64,000 nt of DNA from an uncultured Chthonomonas sp. (GTDB lineage Bacteria; Armatimonadota; Chthonomonadetes; Chthonomonadales; Chthonomonadaceae): the NCBI GenBank assembly GCA_903859705.1, contig CAIONQ010000063.1:55611-119610 (forward strand), given 5' to 3'. This document shows positions 58,445 through 64,000 of this stretch, in pieces. The notes under the pieces were generated by a model. The model made no database searches. It was not told the origin of the DNA and was given only the letters and a program-made list of their open reading frames with translations. Within the stretch, counting starts at the first letter, position 1, and the number at the start of each line of letters is the position of its first letter. A program made the position numbers and the translations under genes.

Positions 58445-58593
58445 GGCTAGCCGTATCGGTCTGCAGCAGCAGGATTATGTAATCACGGAATTACCTGATG
58501 TAGACACGCAGTTACGAAAACCACGTGCCACGTTTGGGCCAAGCATTTTCTAACCCCAATCCCTAACACTCAGCCCCGCGCTGAACGCGCACG

Positions 58594-59787
58594 TCACATC
58601 TTTTCCGCAACTCGCTCAGCCACATACTCTCCAATCTCAATTGATGCCGTTGCGGCTGGCGATGGGGCATTGCAAACATGCATGCTAAATCGTCCTTCTG
58701 AAATCAAAAAGTCATCAATCATGCTGCCATCCGGTTTTACGGCCATCGCTCTTACACCTGCTGGCGCGGGCTCAATATCGGCATCGGTGATCTCCGGGAT
58801 CAATCGCTGCAGGGTCTTAAGAAACGCATGCCGAGAGAACGACCTGTATTGTTCGTGCATTCCCTCCCGCCAGTGCGCTTTTGCCATCTTACGAAAGCCA
58901 GCGTAGCCCAGCACTTTGCACATCTCAGTCATCGAGAAATCGGTACGATGGTATCCCTCGCGTTTAAATGCCAGAACCGCATTCGGCCCCGCGTGGATCT
59001 CACCATTTATCATGCGGGTAAAATGCACGCCCAAAAAGGGAAATGCCGGGTTGGGTAGTGGGTAAATCAAATGGTTAACCAGCCTGCGTGCATCGGGCTT
59101 GAGCGTGTAATATTCCCCACGGAACGGAATGATCCGCGCCGGAGGTGCCACACCAGCCATGGCGGTAAGCAGGTCGCTCTGGAGGCCGCCGCATGTTACA
59201 AACAGGGTCGTCTCAATTGGTCCAGATGGCGTTATTAGCTGGGCCACTTCGGATCCTATCTTAACCTGTTGCACGCGGCAGTTCCAGCGCACCTCACCAC
59301 CATTAAGCTCAATCAGTTGCACCATTTTGCGGCACACACCGGGATAATCGGCGATGCCTGCAGTGGGCACTTCCAGAGCGGCAATACCTGCCGCATGAGG
59401 TTCGCGCTCTCGTAGCTCTTCGCCAGAAAGCCTGCGCACGGGTATCTGGTTTTCGGCAGCCCGAGCCTGCAACTTATCCAGCCGGGGCAGCTCTTGTGCT
59501 TCCACCGCTACCACAACCTTGCCGCAAACATCGTAACGTACGCCATGCTCTTCACAAAATGCGGGCATAGAAATGCCAGCCTGTTTTGCAAAGCGCGCCT
59601 TAAGGCTGCCCGGGGTGTAATAGATGCCAGAGTGAATAACGCCGCTGTTGTGGCCACTCTGGTGGATTGCTGGCCCACGCTCTTTTTCAATCACTAGCAG
59701 GCGTTTGCCCGGGTGCCGCTTCTGTACCTGGTATGCCGTTGCCAGCCCAACAATGCCAGCGCCAACTATCACAATATCGTATCGCAT
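58594..59787 (-). CDS. lhgO: L-2-hydroxyglutarate oxidase/dehydrogenase (LhgO/YgaF family, FAD-dependent)
   Basis: 'MRYDIVIVGAGIVGLATAYQ' Rossmann fold. Family-typical segments ('HQSGHNSGVIHSGIYY'). Confidence 0.85.
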   Translation of the reverse strand: MRYDIVIVGAGIVGLATAYQVQKRHPGKRLLVIEKERGPAIHQSGHNSGVIHSGIYYTPGSLKARFAKQAGISMPAFCEEHGVRYDVCGKVVVAVEAQELPRLDKLQARAAENQIPVRRLSGEELREREPHAAGIAALEVPTAGIADYPGVCRKMVQLIELNGGEVRWNCRVQQVKIGSEVAQLITPSGPIETTLFVTCGGLQSDLLTAMAGVAPPARIIPFRGEYYTLKPDARRLVNHLIYPLPNPAFPFLGVHFTRMINGEIHAGPNAVLAFKREGYHRTDFSMTEMCKVLGYAGFRKMAKAHWREGMHEQYRSFSRHAFLKTLQRLIPEITDADIEPAPAGVRAMAVKPDGSMIDDFLISEGRFSMHVCNAPSPAATASIEIGEYVAERVAEKM

Positions 59788-59991
59788 ACACTATTATAAA
59801 CTGCTGCAACAAAATTAGTGTGCTGCACATTGCAAAGGTTTAGCTGTAAATGCTATGCATACCTAAATGTATCGCCAATCGGTTGCGGCACGCACAAAGC
59901 CAGTGGTAATCGGTCTTAATATAGGAACAATAGGTCTGGGATGCGTGTACTCGGGGTATATCGGTTCCCATTAGCGAATTTCTGGAGATGA

Positions 59992-62376
59992 GTGATTACC
60001 TTGACTTCGGTATCTAGAGCAGCCCTTCTTTGCTTTACAGCAATAGCTATTAGCAGCCATTGCAATGCACGGGCGGCAGGGAGCGCAAACAAGTTGGATC
60101 GTAAGGCTCTCGTTACACGCCACAATGTGGTGCGCATCATTAACTCAACCAAAAGCCCAATCCAGGTTGGAAATGGAGAATTTGCAATTGGAGCAGATAT
60201 AACTGGTCTGCAAACTTTTGTGCCATTCAACACCATGTCCCACTGGGGATGGCACGCCTTCCCATTTCCAGCAGGTTCAAACCCCGAAGCGTTCACCGGC
60301 GTTCCCCTCCAAACCCATGGGCACGGTATCACCTACCCAATACCAAACGAAACCCAGCCCTCTCTTTCACACTGGTTGTACGCTAATCCACATCGCTTTA
60401 ACCTCGGCAGAATCGGTTTTCGGATATTGAAGTCAAATGGCACTACCGCTTCCCTGGATGATCTCACGAAAACTCGTCAGGAACTGAACCTGTGGACCGG
60501 CATACTGAAGAGCCACTTTGAGCTTGAGGGCCAGACAGTGGATGTAGAAACATGCTGCCACCCAACATTTGATCAGGTTGCCGTGCGGGTTCGATCAGCA
60601 CTCGTAGCCTCTGGCAGAATGAGCATCTTTGTCGATTTTCCATACGATGACCGTAACGAGTTTGCAGACTATGTTGGCGACTGGGGCCAGCCCGTTAGCC
60701 ACACCACTACGGTAACCGCGCAGGATGCCGGGCATGTTGATCTGTTACGGCAAATGGATGCAGATCGGTACCATGTTAGGCTGGCATGGAGCGCGGGCAG
60801 CAAACTGCAGATGCCTTCAACGGATAACGGATCCTCTCCGATACAGGTTTTGAAGGCAGAATGGGGCGCCGGCAACAAAAACACGGATGTAACCGCCCTG
60901 ATCAGAAAACTAAATAGCGGAAGCAAGCTGCCGGCGCGTGTTGATGTTGGGCTACTGGGAGATCCGGCCCCGGGGCAGGGCAAGCGGCTTAAACTAACGT
61001 ATGAAAATGGCGTTAAACAGCAGGTTGTGGAGGTGCCCGAGAACGGAGAGCTCAGGTTACAGCCGCAATCTTCTAAACACCGATTTACAGTAATTCCGGG
61101 TCCAACAGATACTGCTGACTTTACCTGTACATTCTCTTCTGCGCCACTGCCAGCATCTACCCCCAGCACCCTGCAATCACTTGCCGCCAGTGCACGGCAC
61201 TGGCCAGAATTCTGGAAGTCTGGCGGGGCTGTCGATCTTTCTGAAAGCAAAGATCCACGCTGGAAGGAGCTGGAAAGGCGCATTGTCTTATCTCAGTACC
61301 TGTTGGCCATAAACGAAGCGGGCTCCCTGCCACCGCAGGAGAGCGGCCTTGTTAACAACGGATGGAACGGCAAGTTTCATATGGAGATGTACTGGTGGCA
61401 TGCAGCACACTATGCCCTGTGGAACCGGTGGCCACTTTTAGAGCGCAGTGTTGGCTACTATCAGAAGATCCTTCCGCAAGCACTCGCATTTGCGAAGTCT
61501 CAGGGCTACAACGGAGCGCGATGGCCCAAGTGCACTACTGCAGATGGAAGGGAGGCTCCGCACATTATCCATGCGCTGTTGATCTGGCAGCAGCCACACC
61601 CATTATTCTTTGCGGAACTTGATTACCAGTCGCATCCAACAAGGGCCACACTTGAGAAGTGGAAGCAGATTGTCTCCTCAACGGCAGATTTTCTGGCATC
61701 GTATGCATATTGGGATGTGCAATCCGCCCACTATATTCTGGGGCCTCCCCTGGCACCCGTATCTGAAAACACCGACTTCTTTAAGACACAGAACCCAACC
61801 TTCGAGCTTGGATACTGGCGATTTGGACTGCGAATAGCGCAACAGTGGAGCAAGCGGCTTGGGGATTCGCCCAATCCAGAATGGGGCAAGGTACTGAACG
61901 GATTGGCACCATTGCCCGTGCAGGATGATAAGTATGTGCTACACGAAGGCATCACCGATATGTGGACAAAATGGAACTTCGAGCATCCAGCCCTAATCGG
62001 TGTTTATGGATGGCTGCCAGGAGATGGGGTAGACATGCCCACCATGCGCCGCACTGCCGATGCGGTATTTTCTGCATGGACCCTTGGCAGAACCTGGGGC
62101 TGGGATTTCCCTATGATGGCAATGTGTGCCGCACGCCTTGGAGAACCTGAAAAGGCAATCGACTTGCTTCTGACAGACGCCGCAGGGTTTCAGTTTGATG
62201 ATTGCGGGCTTGCCACCGGTGGGCCATTTCCATACTTCCCCAGCAATGGAGGCCTCCTGTATGCTGTCGCTCTCATGGCTGCTGGCTGGGATGGTTCGCA
62301 GAATAAGCCCGCACCCGGGTTCCCTGATAACGGCAAATGGAAGGTGCGTTACGAAGGATTACACAGAGCGCTGTAA
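59992..62376 (+). CDS. Large secreted hypothetical protein (794 aa), possibly an (alpha/alpha)6-barrel glycoside hydrolase
   Basis: Signal peptide. 'EMYWWHAAHYALWNRWPLLE' resembles six-hairpin glycosidase cores. The assignment is tentative. Confidence 0.5.
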   Translation: MITLTSVSRAALLCFTAIAISSHCNARAAGSANKLDRKALVTRHNVVRIINSTKSPIQVGNGEFAIGADITGLQTFVPFNTMSHWGWHAFPFPAGSNPEAFTGVPLQTHGHGITYPIPNETQPSLSHWLYANPHRFNLGRIGFRILKSNGTTASLDDLTKTRQELNLWTGILKSHFELEGQTVDVETCCHPTFDQVAVRVRSALVASGRMSIFVDFPYDDRNEFADYVGDWGQPVSHTTTVTAQDAGHVDLLRQMDADRYHVRLAWSAGSKLQMPSTDNGSSPIQVLKAEWGAGNKNTDVTALIRKLNSGSKLPARVDVGLLGDPAPGQGKRLKLTYENGVKQQVVEVPENGELRLQPQSSKHRFTVIPGPTDTADFTCTFSSAPLPASTPSTLQSLAASARHWPEFWKSGGAVDLSESKDPRWKELERRIVLSQYLLAINEAGSLPPQESGLVNNGWNGKFHMEMYWWHAAHYALWNRWPLLERSVGYYQKILPQALAFAKSQGYNGARWPKCTTADGREAPHIIHALLIWQQPHPLFFAELDYQSHPTRATLEKWKQIVSSTADFLASYAYWDVQSAHYILGPPLAPVSENTDFFKTQNPTFELGYWRFGLRIAQQWSKRLGDSPNPEWGKVLNGLAPLPVQDDKYVLHEGITDMWTKWNFEHPALIGVYGWLPGDGVDMPTMRRTADAVFSAWTLGRTWGWDFPMMAMCAARLGEPEKAIDLLLTDAAGFQFDDCGLATGGPFPYFPSNGGLLYAVALMAAGWDGSQNKPAPGFPDNGKWKVRYEGLHRAL

Positions 62377-62821
62377 GAGGAATTTTGCATGCATAAAGAT
62401 TGCGCCAGGCAGGGGCCGACAATTTGGGGCAAAATTCTGTGAAAGATTGCTGGAAATCTCTGACACCGTTTGTGCAGAACCTGCGTCCTATAGTGTAATG
62501 GTCTCACAGTTCTCCAGTGCAGACCGGTGTGGCGATTTTCAGTGTCAATATTTTCACTGGATACGGAGCGCGCAGGTAAGGCAGAAATGGTCACGGCCCG
62601 GTGGTCTCCGGACGGTGCGCGCTTCCCTCTAAGAAAGCACATAAGATCAGTGTCGACGTTGCGGCTGCCGGTAGGGTAGTGCGGCAGGTTGCATCCCAAA
62701 AAATGGGGAACTTATCGTCGGTACGAAGCTTCATTTAAGCATAGCTATTCTTAAAATCGCCGATCCACACGGCCTCTCGTCACCTGGTTGTTTCGCGTTC
62801 ATGCTGAGATAAAAGAATACG

Positions 62822-64000
62822 ATGGATACACACGCCCTTATCATTGCAGCAAGTGGCGGCTTTGGCTGCATGCTTGCCGGGTTCGCTCTTTCCCGTCGGA
62901 GCACGCTGCCGGCAAAGCTCCCTGCCGATAGGTCCTTTGTTCTGGCCGCCATATTGCTGCCAGTGCTATTATTTCTGGTTACGTTCCCTGTGCATGGCAA
63001 GATATTTGCACCGGGGCACGATTTGGGCAATGGGATTCTGATTGGCGCACTAGGGGCCCTGCTTGCGGCAAAGATTACTGCTCCTATGTGGGGTACGCCA
63101 GAAAATGGCCAGTCGATACTTACTCGCTCTGCCATTCTATCCGGTGCGCTGGGGGTGGCGGTTCTATCTCTCTGCGGTGCTTCAATTCTGCACTTCGATA
63201 CCTTTTATGTGGTGGTGCTGGGTACCGCCATAGGATGGATAGTATCGGCATCCCTTCTGTTTATGGCCATTTACAGGCAGAACGATGGGCACACCAGCAG
63301 CAACTGGCCAATCTGGCTATTGATTCCAGCTGGCTTTGTTTCTGCTGTTGCCGCTGGCATGGTGCTTGGAAGCATGCGCACTGCGAATACGCATGTTCAC
63401 GCGGGCCTCCAATTGCCTCAAATCACAGGTCTCTTACTTGCTGTATCTGTACCTTTTGTAATCCTGGTGGGTGCGCTGTTAAGTGTGCTCGTCGGCCTAA
63501 AAGGCAGCTCAGCCAGGCTCTCCCCGGTTATTCAGGGCGTAGGTGCGCTGGCAGCACTATTCGGCAGCACGAAGTACATAGATAAATTCTCTGGCCTGGC
63601 GCGAGATTCTGTAACGGATGTGCACGGGCTTGAAAAGGCATTTGCATCACTTACCGGGGGCTCTCATCTCATACAAACTGTGCTGCTTGGGGTAGTGTCT
63701 ACCCTGCTGTGCACATTCCTTTGCTCACAATCTTCGCAGGGACAGAACCGAGACCATGTAGCTGTTGGCCGCTCGGCATTTGCGCTAATAACTGTACTTA
63801 CATCCTCCTTGCTTGCTTTTCAATTGCTTTCTGGTTTCGGTGTTGCTGCAGCCGCTATCAGTGGTTTTGTAACGCTTGGCACCGTACTTGTGCTACTGCC
63901 TCAGCTCTCCAATAAGTGGAAAATCTCAATCAGCACGATAGCTGCGATGCTGTTTGCCATCATCGGAATGAGCCTATACCGCCTATTTTTCAGTTTGTAC
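62822..64000 (+). CDS. Polytopic membrane protein, 3'-truncated by the window end; not present in the supplied ORF track
   Basis: Manual translation of frame 2 from ATG 62822 gives at least 392 codons without a stop, with 10 or more hydrophobic helices ('MDTHALIIAASGGFGCMLAGFALS...'). An in-frame TAA lies at 62810. Confidence 0.55.
   Translation, partial: MDTHALIIAASGGFGCMLAGFALSRRSTLPAKLPADRSFVLAAILLPVLLFLVTFPVHGKIFAPGHDLGNGILIGALGALLAAKITAPMWGTPENGQSILTRSAILSGALGVAVLSLCGASILHFDTFYVVVLGTAIGWIVSASLLFMAIYRQNDGHTSSNWPIWLLIPAGFVSAVAAGMVLGSMRTANTHVHAGLQLPQITGLLLAVSVPFVILVGALLSVLVGLKGSSARLSPVIQGVGALAALFGSTKYIDKFSGLARDSVTDVHGLEKAFASLTGGSHLIQTVLLGVVSTLLCTFLCSQSSQGQNRDHVAVGRSAFALITVLTSSLLAFQLLSGFGVAAAAISGFVTLGTVLVLLPQLSNKWKISISTIAAMLFAIIGMSLYRLFFSLY

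Noticed and set aside
62480-62560. tRNA-like sequence 'gcgtcctatagtgtaatggtctcac...'
   Set aside because: I could not fold it into a cloverleaf. The D-stem does not pair, and there is no GTTCRANYC T-loop or CCA-proximal acceptor pairing. A scan of all intergenic regions found no tRNA.

Overview
This 64-kb window is about 55% GC and gene-dense on both strands. It most likely comes from a PVC-superphylum or Armatimonadota-like bacterium. The evidence is six paralogous DUF1559 'H-X9-DG' prepilin-like genes and a PSCyt(DUF1549/DUF1553)+DUF1501 gene pair. I found no rRNA, tRNA, CRISPR array, transposase or integrase.

Layout of the window:
- 1–7.2 kb is housekeeping: a MoxR AAA+ ATPase, RsgA, the PcrA/UvrD helicase, an FKBP, and HtrA.
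- 7.6–21.6 kb is a regulatory and STAND-NTPase island. It has an ECF sigma factor divergent from an AfsR/SARP-like wHTH–NB-ARC–TPR regulator. It then has a four-gene minus-strand cassette: a sigma-70-like protein, an unknown protein, a 998-aa CHAT-caspase–P-loop NTPase–TPR protein, and a secreted orphan. This cassette is my best candidate for an undescribed system, possibly sigma/anti-sigma-coupled or Avs-like.
- 21.6–31.7 kb is a sugar module: a ROK regulator with a near-leaderless consensus promoter, PSCyt, DUF1501, a beta-propeller protein, a GH2-like hydrolase and a mutarotase.
- 31.8–35.9 kb holds a Cys/Cys proline-racemase-family epimerase, an FAD dehydrogenase and an esterase–SGL fusion.
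- 36–48.9 kb is the DUF1559 cluster. It includes a DUF1559–BNR–DUF1559 operon, small Cys-rich and Lys-rich secreted ORFs, and a redox/metal set (redoxin, Tat-SOD, LysR, HMA).
- 48.9–64 kb holds a flotillin pair, DUF423, an amidohydrolase-2, an ABC system whose solute-binding protein is fused to a permease, a low-GC orphan, LhgO, a large secreted hypothetical, and a polytopic membrane ORF that runs off the window end and is absent from the ORF track.
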